64,000 bases of DNA from a virus (IMGVR_UViG_3300035208_008116:9539-73538); one strand, 5' to 3'; positions 18,493-28,845 are shown, numbered from the stretch's first letter. The notes: a model not told the origin generated them from the letters alone. Program-made: numbers and translations.

Positions 18493-20355
18493 TTAAAAAT
18501 TAATGTCATCAGCGTTAATTTCATCACTTTTTAATTCCTCATGAATATAAGCAATTCCCTTATCGACCATTATCTGTTTAACCTCTGAGGCGACCTCTAA
18601 CGCGAGGTTTGCTCTCTTCTGAAGAAGTTCATCCCTAACAGCTTCTTCCTCTTTAACGACCTTTAGTTTCGCGGCGACCTCCTCATCGTCACTTAGATGT
18701 TCCCATGACTTAGCCTCCGTTAAGCCCCTGTTTGCTACTTCAACTTTTTTATTGGCAAAATCCACGCTTCTATCCAGCAGGATTTGTGCCTTGGTTGATT
18801 CTAGTAATAATCCATTATTCATTCTAACACTAATTTCTTTAGAAATTCCAGTCCTTCTATTCTTAAGAATTTTGATTTGACTGTCTTCTTTGTAAATGTC
18901 TTCTCCATCCTTAACTCCAGATAATTGACGATTAATCAACAAGACAGCGTCACTTTCTTGAGAAATGGCCGCAGAGTGACCAATATCGTCCATTGTCAGA
19001 TTATCCCCATTAGCCTTTCTTAAATGAACCATCAAGACAATGATAACTTCCTCCTTAATGGCAATCCTCTTAAGTTCCCGGCAAATAGCCCCAAGATAAA
19101 GGGAGTAGTTAGCCATCACACTTTTGTTATCCGTAGTCGGGACAAGAAATCCCAAATGGTCAATAAAGACAACCTTGGTCTTGTATTTTTCCTTAGCTTC
19201 GATAATTTTCTTTTCAACCCACTCAACTTTTCCAGAAACATTCCTAATTGGGGTATAAGTCATAAGAGTGTCATCAGCTCCCATTTTAGTGAACTTAGCC
19301 CAAAGTTCACGGAGTAGAACTTCATAAGATAACCAAAGGCTGGGAATCTTGTTCATAGCCATATTGAAGGAGAAGGTCTGCGCAAGTGTTGTTTTCCCAA
19401 ACCCAGACTTCCCAGTAACGACAATTAGGTCCCCCTCCTTAAATCCCCCACTCAGAGCTTCATCGATCAATTCGAAGCCACACGGGAAGTTGAGACTGAC
19501 ATCATTCTTAAGGCGGGCGACAACCTCGGACATAGGAAGGACAATGTCTTCCCCCTCCTCTTCTGGCTGAATACCACTTAAGGCTTTTAATTCCCTATTC
19601 GTGATAGAATTGAAAACCGCCCGGAGCTCTGTCTCATGAAGGGGTTCTGATAACCCCTTATTCCAGTAGACAACCATTGGCCAAACGGTTGCCCCCCAGT
19701 CTGGCTGCTTAAAAGATTTTAAGAGTTTCCCGACTAATTGGGCGGCAGCTTTATTCCTTTCTCCGACGGGAACTCCCTCAATAAGGGAACTCCAGTCAGT
19801 ATTTTTATACTTATGGTCAAACAGATCAAAGTTTTCAAGAGGAAAAGGTTGGAGTTCCTCAATCAAAACCCACTCATACCGGCGCCCTGATTTATGGAGG
19901 CTTGGGGCTAAGATGATGTAACCTCCATCTGATTTAATATCAACCAAAGGCTTTACTCCGATCCGACTCGCCAGTCCTTCTGGATATTGATAGAAAAGAT
20001 GCCATCCTCCAGACCCTGTTTTAGCGGTTAACGTTGGAGGAAGACCTTTCGTACTCCCTTGCTCGATGATAATATCTGGATTATTCGGATCCTTTTTGCA
20101 GTCGACATCTACCACTGAGATTCCTGAGATCTTCCCCGTGACGACGGCAATATTTGCCTCTGGCCATTGTGTCCACCAGGCGGTGACTTCTTGCACAGTA
20201 GGCAACCTCTTCTGAAACTCAGCCCAAGTTGGGATGAGTGGCGACTTCTTATCCTCACCTGCCCCTATTGGGATAACCGCCCATGATTTTGAGAGGTATT
20301 TTAGTGCCTCTTCGAGCATTATCGGGGTCTTTTCTTCCATTAATTCTTCGCGCAT
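18493..20355 (-). CDS. bifunctional primase-polymerase (N) / P-loop replicative helicase (C)
   Basis: N-terminal PrimPol-like region; C-terminal Walker A GKSGFGKTT and Walker B VVFIDHLG. Confidence 0.65.
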   Translation of the reverse strand: MREELMEEKTPIMLEEALKYLSKSWAVIPIGAGEDKKSPLIPTWAEFQKRLPTVQEVTAWWTQWPEANIAVVTGKISGISVVDVDCKKDPNNPDIIIEQGSTKGLPPTLTAKTGSGGWHLFYQYPEGLASRIGVKPLVDIKSDGGYIILAPSLHKSGRRYEWVLIEELQPFPLENFDLFDHKYKNTDWSSLIEGVPVGERNKAAAQLVGKLLKSFKQPDWGATVWPMVVYWNKGLSEPLHETELRAVFNSITNRELKALSGIQPEEEGEDIVLPMSEVVARLKNDVSLNFPCGFELIDEALSGGFKEGDLIVVTGKSGFGKTTLAQTFSFNMAMNKIPSLWLSYEVLLRELWAKFTKMGADDTLMTYTPIRNVSGKVEWVEKKIIEAKEKYKTKVVFIDHLGFLVPTTDNKSVMANYSLYLGAICRELKRIAIKEEVIIVLMVHLRKANGDNLTMDDIGHSAAISQESDAVLLINRQLSGVKDGEDIYKEDSQIKILKNRRTGISKEISVRMNNGLLLESTKAQILLDRSVDFANKKVEVANRGLTEAKSWEHLSDDEEVAAKLKVVKEEEAVRDELLQKRANLALEVASEVKQIMVDKGIAYIHEELKSDEINADDINF

Positions 20356-20378
20356 ATTATTTATTTTTGATTAATCTT

Positions 20379-21323
20379 TTAATTTTTTAATACGAATTGT
20401 GCCTTTTTAAGGGCGGTCTCCAGAGTCCAGTTGTAATGGTTGGCGATAGCATCTTCTTCGCAGGCCTTAAAAACTCTCTTGAGTTCTGGGGGGCTATAGC
20501 CAATTAGGGCCATAGCAATGGGCATTAGCCTCCTGACAAGTAGCCGATATTCATCATAGGTTCTAGGGGCCAGATCTTTAGCCAAGAAGTAGTACCCTAA
20601 GACCTTACACTTAGCCTCTTTACTTTCCAGGAGGATCCTCAACCTTTCAGGCCAATTGTAATTAGTACGGAGTTTCTCGTTAATTTTACGGGTTACCTTT
20701 TTACTGACCTTAATGGGCTCTGTTGTGGCCGGGAGCTCCGCTCCCGTCTTTAACGAAGTTAAAGATAACCTTTTGTCTTCTGTGTTCTCCTTATTCCCTT
20801 TTGTATCCTTACGGTCCATATCTTTTACCCGGCTTTTACGATAGATTTTACCCGGCTCCGTGTCCATATCTTTTACCCGGGTATCCGCGTCCATATCTTT
20901 TACTCGGGGCATTAAATGGCCTAAAATATCCCTTTTTCTTCCAGCCCCCCTCTTGCTTTTGACCGGAATAAGTTCACTTTTTTCTTTCCATTCAGACTTA
21001 TCTGCGAGCAAATAAACGTTGGGTAACTGTCGTTTTGTGACTGGGTCTTTTTCCTTTATTATTTGGATGATTCCAGCCTCTTTTAGTGTGGCAATTGCCT
21101 TAATTATTGTAGGCTTAGTTAGCCCATGCTGTTCCGCCATTTTCTCAATTGACGGGAAGCATTCCTGGGTATGAAAATCTGAGTGGCGGCTAAGAGAATT
21201 ATAAACAGCAGTAGCATTAACACCACAAATACGAGCGTAACCATTGAGATACGCGTCATCGATTTTATATTGATCTTTTCTCCGCATATCGCGGACTTTT
21301 ATCACTCTTTCCTTTTTTTCCAT
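20379..21323 (-). CDS. HTH DNA-binding replication-initiator-like protein with in-frame RVKDMD repeats
   Basis: N-terminal HTH; location beside primase-helicase; 19-bp DNA repeats inside ORF. Confidence 0.4.
   Translation of the reverse strand: MEKKERVIKVRDMRRKDQYKIDDAYLNGYARICGVNATAVYNSLSRHSDFHTQECFPSIEKMAEQHGLTKPTIIKAIATLKEAGIIQIIKEKDPVTKRQLPNVYLLADKSEWKEKSELIPVKSKRGAGRKRDILGHLMPRVKDMDADTRVKDMDTEPGKIYRKSRVKDMDRKDTKGNKENTEDKRLSLTSLKTGAELPATTEPIKVSKKVTRKINEKLRTNYNWPERLRILLESKEAKCKVLGYYFLAKDLAPRTYDEYRLLVRRLMPIAMALIGYSPPELKRVFKACEEDAIANHYNWTLETALKKAQFVLKN
20808..20909. repeat. iteron-like direct repeats GTCCATATCTTTTAC(C/T)CGG x3 plus partial copy
   Basis: copies start at 20814, 20862, 20889; partial AGATTTTACCCGG at 20843. 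Confidence 0.7.
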
Positions 21324-21364
21324 ATCATCTAATAAATTTAATTAATAATGAGGAGTAACTACAC

Positions 21365-21430
21365 AAAGGGGCTATGGAACTGCGCCGGTATTTGAAAACC
21401 GTTCCTATTTCTAGGAATTCCATAGCCCCT
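21365..21430. terminator. 13-bp perfect inverted repeat AGGGGCTATGGAA / TTCCATAGCCCCT (40-nt loop) between tandem minus genes
   Basis: seen directly; T-rich flank on minus strand. Confidence 0.35.
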
Positions 21431-21529
21431 TTGGGCAACTACTATTAAATTTTGATTCAAATTGGCGCGCATGGTCACAATAATACACTCAAAGTAACGA
21501 ACGGTAAACCTAGTAAAAAGTGGATAACT

Positions 21530-21811
21530 TTAATTTATTATGTTGTGAGGATTTTTGTAGGCATTGGTGACTTCACCTTTTAGTGATCTCATATTGGCAA
21601 CAAACGCTCGAGGTTCAACCACTAATTTCCCTTGAAGATATTTTTCTCTGACAGTTTGAAGTTCGGGGACATCATCAAATTTGAAGTAACCGATTGGTAG
21701 ATTCTTCTCGCCCTCGATCTGGTAATCAATCCCAAGAAGGGGGAAATTAAGAGTTGTTAATGTCGAAGCGAGGGACAGGTCACGGGTGGAGAATATTTTT
21801 TGTTCTTCCAT
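21530..21811 (-). CDS. hypothetical protein
   Basis: 93-aa ORF. Confidence 0.3.
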   Translation of the reverse strand: MEEQKIFSTRDLSLASTLTTLNFPLLGIDYQIEGEKNLPIGYFKFDDVPELQTVREKYLQGKLVVEPRAFVANMRSLKGEVTNAYKNPHNIIN

Positions 21812-21841
21812 ATATTTTTATTTAATTTTACTAATACCTTA

Positions 21842-21857
21842 AGTTTATCATAAGTCC
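21842..21857 (-). promoter_or_regulatory. class-II motif copy (GGACTTATGaTAAACT on minus strand)
   Basis: one of five copies of GGACTTATG-N-TAnnnT. Confidence 0.4.
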
Positions 21858-21868
21858 TAAGGTTTTTG

Positions 21869-21939
21869 CGCAGGTGCTCCGACTTGAACGGAGAGTCACT
21901 GCTTTGGAGGCAGTTGGTTTACCATTAACCGACACCCAC
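21869..21939 (-). tRNA. tRNA-Trp (anticodon CCA)
   Basis: manual fold: 7-bp acceptor (two G-U), D-arm GGTT/AACC, anticodon loop CUCCAAA, T-arm CTCCG-TTCAAGT-CGGAG; no encoded CCA. Confidence 0.55.
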
Positions 21940-21969
21940 TTCACTAGGGGATTAACCCTAGTGGTTATA

Positions 21970-22212
21970 TTATTTATTACCACCAATCCCTAAGAAGTTG
22001 CCTTTCCCATCTGAGAGAGCGTTCTTTATGAGATAAGCTACTCCAGCGGCGGCTCCTAAGTTAGATAAACGTAACCAGTCGATATTGGTCCAAGCAAATC
22101 CTGGCTCAGCTAAAGCGCTTTGCATATAAAGCAAAACCGCTGTGAAAACTGCAACTAAAAGACCTAGGCCTAAATCTCTTAACTTTAAACGAAACATATT
22201 TGAAGATTCCAT
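21970..22212 (-). CDS. small membrane protein
   Basis: two hydrophobic helices. Confidence 0.3.
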   Translation of the reverse strand: MESSNMFRLKLRDLGLGLLVAVFTAVLLYMQSALAEPGFAWTNIDWLRLSNLGAAAGVAYLIKNALSDGKGNFLGIGGNK

Positions 22213-22427
22213 AATGAATTTAAATTATTTTCTGATAAGGGAATATTGGATATCGACCTTTTTATTAGTATAGGCTTCCTCACACTTGATAAGGTTGCTT
22301 ATCACGGTTGTTATCCTCAATCTGACTAGGGGATGGATTGGTATCCTTCTCGAGTGGGGTAGGAGTTGCCTCTATCCGCTTTTTAAGACCTAATAATTTT
22401 AACAAAAATTTAATCATAGTCAAATTA

Positions 22428-22610
22428 TTATTTAAAAGGATCTACTAATATTTTTGTGTTGATACCAGCATCTTTAATTTCTTTAAGTTGTGCCTCAACT
22501 TCAGCGAGCCTTCTTTCGTAGTTTGCTTTTTTGTTGAGTAAATTTTTTATGCAGTCTGGTACTTTTTTGGCTTCTCCTATTTTTGTTTTATCTTTTGAGA
22601 TAATTAACAT
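22428..22610 (-). CDS. hypothetical protein
   Basis: 60-aa ORF. Confidence 0.25.
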   Translation of the reverse strand: MLIISKDKTKIGEAKKVPDCIKNLLNKKANYERRLAEVEAQLKEIKDAGINTKILVDPFK

Positions 22611-22627
22611 ATCTTTTTATCTAATTA

Positions 22628-25363
22628 TTATGAGCTTGTTATTAATTCCCAAGTTGGGGTTGAATCATCAGTGCAGATATATAGTTTCCCAGAATAATAA
22701 GCTACTTCACCAGTTGACCCTGCTGGCCTATTGGCTGGTGTCGCATCTTTGGGGTCTGAATCTAATGTCCTAACTATTAACCTACTTGTAAAAGTTGCTG
22801 TTTCGGTTGAAGCTGCCCCTACTTCAACATTCCCGTTTAAATCAATACTTGTGTCAGCAAATAAATCTAAATGTCCATCATCATCGCTTCCGATTTTTAC
22901 ATCAGCATCTCCAAACTCGACATATTTATCAATAGCATCTAATCTCCAATTAGCTCCTGCGACATCGTCCCAAATACCCCAAGCAGTATAGTCTGCCGGG
23001 CTAGCACTCATGCCATTAAGATATAGTCCATAAAGCGTAGTCTCACCATTAGTAATACTTGGACTGTTAGGAAAAATGCTTAAGTAGTAACCATAATAAA
23101 TAGAATCAATCGTTCCGGCAGTTTCCTGCTGAGCAACGGACATATTCACATAATTGCCATAAGCGGTATAAGTTAAAGTATTTCCAGCAGAATCTAGCTC
23201 AAAATAAGCATCTATTTGGTTTTGTGTTCCATAATGGTTTAAAGCGACATCGTTATCGCCAGAATAGATACTTTCGTTATTAATATTTATATTATTAGCG
23301 GAATAGTTGAAACTACAACCAGTGCCATAAGCGTCTTGTGTCACCGATGACGAGATGCTTGAACCCAACCCAGATATACTTATATATTTATCGTTAGGAG
23401 AACCTGTGAATACCGTATCGGCGTTATTGATAACTTGGCTCAACAGTGTGTAACCAAAATTATCACTAACTGCATTTTGCAATTCTCTTTCAATATAAAC
23501 TAACTGTCCCCCCGTCGTTCCAATATAAGCAGCACCATTTACCCCAATACCCGATGGGGTATCTTCGTCTGGCCATACTTGAAGCGAATAGCCAGGACTT
23601 GCTGCTACCCCTATCCCGACCTGGTCTTTAAATTCAGAAATTCCATAAACTGTTAAATCTCCACCTAAATCAGTATCAGTATTAACTATCAAATTACCAT
23701 TAAGTTCAGTATCCGTATCAACATATAAATTACCTCCCGCACTGATATCACCAGTAACGTCCAGGTTTCCATCAAGGTATTCGTTGCTTGTAATATGAAG
23801 ATTATCTGCGGTTGTTAATCCTGTACCAGCATCAACTGAAAACACATCACCTAAAGCCAAAGTTAAAGTTGGTGGAGTAGTATAAGTTGCAACTATTGCT
23901 TTGCTGTCTGGGTTAGCCCAAGTGTAATCAGCATTTCCATTAGCAGTCCACACACTCTCAGCATAATAATCTATTGTCGGGGTAATCCCTACTTGACTGT
24001 TAAACCAAGTGTCTACATAATCATCGTCATTAGTTCCAGGCGATGGATTTGTTCCACCTACGAAGTCAGAGTTTTTAAAATAAAATGTCGAGTAAATATG
24101 TATCCCTATAAAAATATTAGTAAGAGCTACACCTAAATCGTCTACGCCATTAGCTCCAGAGGGGACTGGTTCATCAGCTTGGCTTACTCCAACAATATTA
24201 AATGTAGTTTTATCAACAAGAACAATCGCACCATCATTAGCACCTGATAGAAAGTTATAATCATAATCCGTCCCCCCATGGACTAAGGGAGCAGAAGTCA
24301 TTGAGAATTGATTGCTTTGAATTATTAAATCATCGATGATAGTAATTGGTTTATAAAAAGTCCTCTCGCCAGTCTTCTCGACAAGTATGTTAGTTTGTGA
24401 CCCGTTAATTGGGTCATAATGCCACTCTCTTAGCTTCCCATCTGTATCAGCAATTAATTTCCAAATATTACTTAAAAGGAAATTGCTTTCGGACCCTTGA
24501 TACATAACGAGTTGGGCTTCTTTTGTATCATCTAAGACAGCAGCGATCACAGCAGAAGTCCCGGAGTCGCTAAAAGTAACTAGCCCTGCATTATCTCCTG
24601 TTTTTGGTGTTCTCCACGCCCATCCTTTAGTTGAGGAATTTGCAAAAGATTCAGAATAATATAGATAAGGTCTGTCAGACCCAGTCTCGATATTCTCAAC
24701 GGTAACCATCGTTTGGTCAGAAGCTGTTCCGTTACCAAGGGTCAAACCCAAAGCCGTTAGGGATTTATAAGTTGATTCACTATCAACTAATCGAAGATCT
24801 GTACTTAGAGTAACAAAAGGATCGGCTGATGTATCTAAAGAAAACTCAGCAGCGGTCAGGGTGTGGCTGGTGGTATTAATATTAATCAAAGAAAGGGTAT
24901 TTTCCTCATCATCAATATTTGTTGCGGCAAGCCCTCCATGGATAAGTAAAGGAGATGTCCCAAGGGTTGAGTTAGTATTAGGGGTAATTGTTGGAAAATT
25001 AAGAGTCCCCAGCCCAAACCCGGAAAGGTCTACTTCACTGTTCTCAAATTTAATATATTCAGTTCCGTTAGTAACTTCAGAATCAAAGCCTATAGAGATG
25101 CTGTCCCCAGAAGTGGTTGGAGATAATACTGTCCCCGTTCTGTCCCACAGATTTCCAGCACTTTCTAATTCAACCCAATCTCCGTTAGTGACTCCTCCTT
25201 GAAGTTGATAATTTTTTGAAGTATCAAGAACATAGACAGTCATTCCCTCAAAACGTTTAATTGCGGAAATAGCGTCCCTAGTAGTCGTTGTGGAAGCGAC
25301 CATGCTTTCTTCAATCGGGAGTCCAGCATTCAATTTGAATTGTGAGCTTAAGGTTATTGCCAT
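22628..25363 (-). CDS. tail fibre protein
   Basis: 911 aa, extremely T/S/G/N/D-rich, low-complexity beta-rich composition, conserved C-terminal tip-like region. Confidence 0.55.
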   Translation of the reverse strand: MAITLSSQFKLNAGLPIEESMVASTTTTRDAISAIKRFEGMTVYVLDTSKNYQLQGGVTNGDWVELESAGNLWDRTGTVLSPTTSGDSISIGFDSEVTNGTEYIKFENSEVDLSGFGLGTLNFPTITPNTNSTLGTSPLLIHGGLAATNIDDEENTLSLININTTSHTLTAAEFSLDTSADPFVTLSTDLRLVDSESTYKSLTALGLTLGNGTASDQTMVTVENIETGSDRPYLYYSESFANSSTKGWAWRTPKTGDNAGLVTFSDSGTSAVIAAVLDDTKEAQLVMYQGSESNFLLSNIWKLIADTDGKLREWHYDPINGSQTNILVEKTGERTFYKPITIIDDLIIQSNQFSMTSAPLVHGGTDYDYNFLSGANDGAIVLVDKTTFNIVGVSQADEPVPSGANGVDDLGVALTNIFIGIHIYSTFYFKNSDFVGGTNPSPGTNDDDYVDTWFNSQVGITPTIDYYAESVWTANGNADYTWANPDSKAIVATYTTPPTLTLALGDVFSVDAGTGLTTADNLHITSNEYLDGNLDVTGDISAGGNLYVDTDTELNGNLIVNTDTDLGGDLTVYGISEFKDQVGIGVAASPGYSLQVWPDEDTPSGIGVNGAAYIGTTGGQLVYIERELQNAVSDNFGYTLLSQVINNADTVFTGSPNDKYISISGLGSSISSSVTQDAYGTGCSFNYSANNININNESIYSGDNDVALNHYGTQNQIDAYFELDSAGNTLTYTAYGNYVNMSVAQQETAGTIDSIYYGYYLSIFPNSPSITNGETTLYGLYLNGMSASPADYTAWGIWDDVAGANWRLDAIDKYVEFGDADVKIGSDDDGHLDLFADTSIDLNGNVEVGAASTETATFTSRLIVRTLDSDPKDATPANRPAGSTGEVAYYSGKLYICTDDSTPTWELITSS

Positions 25364-25364
25364 T

Positions 25365-26189
25365 TTATTGTTTGTAAGTTATCGAAAAAGAAGTTTGGGA
25401 AGTCAGATTATTAAATTCGTAAACCCTATAATCTTGGGGGGTCCCATCGAGACCAGTAATAGATTTCGTGCTGACAGTATAGTCTGAAATGATCTCAAAA
25501 CTATTAGGGTCTAAAATTGAAGTAAGGGCAGGGTAGGCCAGTGGGTAAGCAAAATAATAAACCTGAGAGGAAGGTGAAGTGGTTACCGTTTTATTCCCTG
25601 AAGAAGATACAGATTTTGTCAGCCCTGCAATTTGGGAGCCAGTTAATCCTTGAGCTCCCACTCCCCAATAATAAGGATAAACGAAGGTAAAGGTTTTGCT
25701 ATTGGAGGTTATTTCGGTCGTTCCATCTCCGACATGAGCGGTATAGGTTGTTGTTGTGGCTAGGGTGGTGGGGTCGGTATAATCTTCAGACCCCCCTCCA
25801 GGAATAGGGTTGGCCTCAGTCTCAATAAGGGAGGCTCCTCGATAATAGGTGACTAAGGTAATATCATCAGTGTGTTTTACTGTTACTGCAGTTAACTCGA
25901 CACTGGCTGAGGTATCTCCAAATTCTCTCGTCCCAGTGGAAGGGGAAGTACTAAGGGTTATCCCAGGGGAAACATATGGGTAAAGCATGTAGTCAAGGAC
26001 CTCCTGGGTGGTAATTTTTGTGGTTCCCAAATCTGTTCCTGCAGTCAAACCTCCGACAGTCGAAAGGGTTTCTCCACTGGGGAGGTAGTCAGAATTTCCT
26101 ACGAGTCCTTCAAGGTAGGTAAAGTTGTCGTTAATATCCTCCCTTGAGTCCTTCGGCAAATCGTCTTCGTTTATTGTAATTAGTGCCAT
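25365..26189 (-). CDS. tail fibre/baseplate-associated structural protein
   Basis: T/S/G-rich composition, adjacent and co-oriented to tail fibre. Confidence 0.4.
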   Translation of the reverse strand: MALITINEDDLPKDSREDINDNFTYLEGLVGNSDYLPSGETLSTVGGLTAGTDLGTTKITTQEVLDYMLYPYVSPGITLSTSPSTGTREFGDTSASVELTAVTVKHTDDITLVTYYRGASLIETEANPIPGGGSEDYTDPTTLATTTTYTAHVGDGTTEITSNSKTFTFVYPYYWGVGAQGLTGSQIAGLTKSVSSSGNKTVTTSPSSQVYYFAYPLAYPALTSILDPNSFEIISDYTVSTKSITGLDGTPQDYRVYEFNNLTSQTSFSITYKQ

Positions 26190-26206
26190 ATTTTAAAATT
26201 ATTTCC

Positions 26207-26355
26207 TTACCCCTCAACATTTTATAAAGCTTTAGAGATTTTGATCGCGCTCCATGTTGAGGGGAATCGGTGTTTGTAACTTAAAAGTTAAAACCGCTGA
26301 TTGTTATTGAAGGTCAGATCTCTTTCTCGAGCTGGCGATGCCTAGCCAACGCCAG
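26207..26355 (-). promoter_or_regulatory. structured leader: 11-bp IR CCCCTCAACAT/ATGTTGAGGGG and 7-bp hairpin GCTGGCG/CGCCAGC upstream of tail genes
   Basis: perfect inverted repeats at 26210-26220/26254-26264 and 26330-26336/26349-26355. Confidence 0.4.
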
Positions 26356-26433
26356 CATTGCTTCGTGAAAAATCCGCGGCCGCATAAATGCCGAGGGGTA
26401 AATAAACAATTTCTTCACAATGAGCACATTCTC

Positions 26434-26449
26434 ATAATACCATAAGTCC
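26434..26449 (-). promoter_or_regulatory. class-II motif copy (GGACTTATGgTATTAT on minus strand)
   Basis: faces tail-fibre genes. Confidence 0.4.
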
Positions 26450-26474
26450 TAATAGATTTGAGGGGGAGACTGAC

Positions 26475-26521
26475 TTATCCCCAACTAGGTACTTGCCAAG
26501 TAATGAGGATGGGAGTATAAT
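26475..26521 (+). promoter_or_regulatory. class-I promoter P2 (TTATCCCCA box; TTGCCA-17-TATAAT; leaderless)
   Basis: -35 26493-26498, -10 26516-26521, ATG 26528. Confidence 0.65.
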
Positions 26522-26527
26522 AGCCGT

Positions 26528-27085
26528 ATGACTAATAAAAATCATGTTTGGGTTATCACGGATACTCACTTTTTTCATAAAAAGATGGAGGAATACTGCG
26601 GAAGGCCGGAAGATTTTGGGGGGAGAATTCTGGTTGAGCTGGCAAGTTGTCTGAAGCGGGGGGATATCTTAATCCACTTAGGAGATATCAGTATGGGCCA
26701 TGACGAGGATGCTCATAATTCACTAAATTTGATTATCCCAGGAGGAGTAACGAGGATTCTGGTAAGGGGCAATCACGATAAAAAGAGTAATAAGTGGTAT
26801 CTCGAACAGGGGTGGGACTTTGTCTGCGAATCGTTTACTGATACCTATTTTGGAAAAAAAGTCTTATTTTCTCATACTCCAGCCCCAATCGGGGACTATG
26901 ATATCAATTTCCACGGGCACTTCCACAATAGTCCTAGTTCAAGATGGGAGCCTGAATATGTTAAGAACTTAAGTAAGGGGAAGCATAAATTGTTAGTTTT
27001 AGAGGATCATTATTATAAGCCATGGAATCTCCAAGAGATTCTTAAAAATATAACCACGAAATATGTCAAAATTAGAAAAAACTGA
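26528..27085 (+). CDS. calcineurin-like metallophosphoesterase
   Basis: ITDTHF, GDIS, GNHD, GHFH motifs. Confidence 0.65.
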   Translation: MTNKNHVWVITDTHFFHKKMEEYCGRPEDFGGRILVELASCLKRGDILIHLGDISMGHDEDAHNSLNLIIPGGVTRILVRGNHDKKSNKWYLEQGWDFVCESFTDTYFGKKVLFSHTPAPIGDYDINFHGHFHNSPSSRWEPEYVKNLSKGKHKLLVLEDHYYKPWNLQEILKNITTKYVKIRKN

Positions 27086-27275
27086 GAGTCACTATTCTGC
27101 TCAAATGGAAGTTTCTGAGTATGATTTTTTGGAGGTAATTATGAGTGAGGATCCGATTGATAGGGGTCGAATTAAAATTAAATTCCTTGATGGGAGGTGG
27201 AGGACTCAAGAGGAGACCATCACAATGTTTGAGGAAGTGATTAAACTAATAAAAGGGCTAAAAGTCTCAAAGTAA
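27063..27275 (+). CDS. hypothetical protein
   Basis: 70-aa ORF. Confidence 0.3.
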   Translation: MSKLEKTESHYSAQMEVSEYDFLEVIMSEDPIDRGRIKIKFLDGRWRTQEETITMFEEVIKLIKGLKVSK

Positions 27276-27277
27276 AA

Positions 27278-27466
27278 ATGAAAACGATAAATAGAAATGA
27301 GTTGTTAGCCAAATATCTTTTGAAGCATAAGAATCTTCGGGTCTGGCAGAATATCAGAAACTGGGCGGGGGAGAGTTTTATTTATGCCAGTAATCTTGCC
27401 CGAGATCAAATTGAGCTACCCCCAGAGGCAAGTGCTTATTTATCAGACACTTTTTACTGGGAATAA
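27278..27466 (+). CDS. hypothetical protein
   Basis: 62-aa ORF. Confidence 0.3.
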   Translation: MKTINRNELLAKYLLKHKNLRVWQNIRNWAGESFIYASNLARDQIELPPEASAYLSDTFYWE

Positions 27467-27471
27467 GGATT

Positions 27472-27876
27472 ATGGCAAATTTTTGTGAAAATAATTTAAG
27501 GGTTAGCGGAGATGTCAAAGAACTTAAGGACTTTGTCAAGAAGGTTGGGAAGAAATTTGACTTCAATAAGGTTGTTCCAATGCCGAAAAAATACGAGAAG
27601 GGCGAGAAATGGTGGGGGTGGAGAATCTCTCATTGGGGTTGCAAGTGGACTCCTTATACTGAAAGTATCAACGTCGAGTTAGATAACCTTTCTGATGGAT
27701 CAATTTTTGCCAGTTTTGATACCCCCTGGTCACCACCAGTTGAATTTATCAAGACGGCAAGCAAGAAGTATAAAAATCTTAGTTTCCTCCTTCGCTACGA
27801 AGAACCTGGGATGGGATTTACTGGAATAGCTTTAGCGAAAAAAGGAAAGGTCAAAGATTATTGTTTAAGTTATTAA
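27472..27876 (+). CDS. hypothetical protein
   Basis: 134-aa ORF, W-rich. Confidence 0.3.
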   Translation: MANFCENNLRVSGDVKELKDFVKKVGKKFDFNKVVPMPKKYEKGEKWWGWRISHWGCKWTPYTESINVELDNLSDGSIFASFDTPWSPPVEFIKTASKKYKNLSFLLRYEEPGMGFTGIALAKKGKVKDYCLSY

Positions 27877-27877
27877 T

Positions 27878-28246
27878 ATGGAACAAATTATCAAAACAAA
27901 GTTTGACGTGGGGGATAAAGTCTGGGTTATTAATGATCTTTTGAATTACCCTAGAACAAAATTATTCGTCCCGAGATCATGGCATATTTCGGAAGTTATT
28001 TGGATTAAAGATAAAAAGAATCCTCAGGGGTATTACTATTACCATCTTTCAGTTAGTAGAGGAAAGGGTAGCGGGATGCCCGTTTCTGATTCTCCTCTTG
28101 TCTTGTATGGGGATTATATTCTTCCACTTGTTTATGCGACAAAGGAAGAGGCAGAGGAGGCGATCAAAAATAGAAAAGTAACAATCTCAAAGGCAGATAT
28201 AGCAAAAAAGTTTAAAATCCAATTAGCAGAATTAGTTATTATCTAA
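27878..28246 (+). CDS. hypothetical protein
   Basis: 122-aa ORF. Confidence 0.3.
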   Translation: MEQIIKTKFDVGDKVWVINDLLNYPRTKLFVPRSWHISEVIWIKDKKNPQGYYYYHLSVSRGKGSGMPVSDSPLVLYGDYILPLVYATKEEAEEAIKNRKVTISKADIAKKFKIQLAELVII

Positions 28247-28247
28247 T

Positions 28248-28787
28248 ATGGCAAACATCGATCTAACACCAATTCTTATCGAGAAATATGGGAAAAAGAC
28301 TCATAAACCAGGACGGTACAACGCTTCCGAGCTTTATTCCTTGATTCATGGCCACTGGTTAAAACCTGAAGATTATCTTCATACGGGGTATAATGATGTC
28401 CCCTCGATTTTAAGAATGTGGATGGGGATAGGTGGGCATGAACAGATTCAATCACTCTTCCCTGCCGAAGAGTGTGAGATTAAGAAAGAGTGGCAGGTGG
28501 GGGATATGACTCTGGTTGGTAAGTGTGATAGATTGCTCCCCGGTGAAGTTTGGGAGATAAAGACCTCGGCCAAAGAAATGGATAAAGCCAAACCATGGGC
28601 TGAACACCAAGCGAAATTATACTGTACAATGTTTGAGAGGCCTCAAGCGAGGGTCTTGCAACCAATTGTAACAGAGGGCAAGGTTGTCCTAAAAGAGTTG
28701 GCTGTAGTGTATCGAGATGATAAATGGTTCGAAGGGGAATTAAAAAAACTAGCCATTTTCCATCGGAAGGTGCTACAATGTAGTTAA
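28248..28787 (+). CDS. PD-(D/E)xK-family nuclease-like protein
   Basis: GKCDRLL...EVWEIKTS (D...E-x-K) arrangement. Confidence 0.4.
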   Translation: MANIDLTPILIEKYGKKTHKPGRYNASELYSLIHGHWLKPEDYLHTGYNDVPSILRMWMGIGGHEQIQSLFPAEECEIKKEWQVGDMTLVGKCDRLLPGEVWEIKTSAKEMDKAKPWAEHQAKLYCTMFERPQARVLQPIVTEGKVVLKELAVVYRDDKWFEGELKKLAIFHRKVLQCS

Positions 28788-28845
28788 CAAGTCGTTAGTG
28801 GTCGATATAATGAAAAAAATTAAAAGTTTAATTTGATAATTAATT

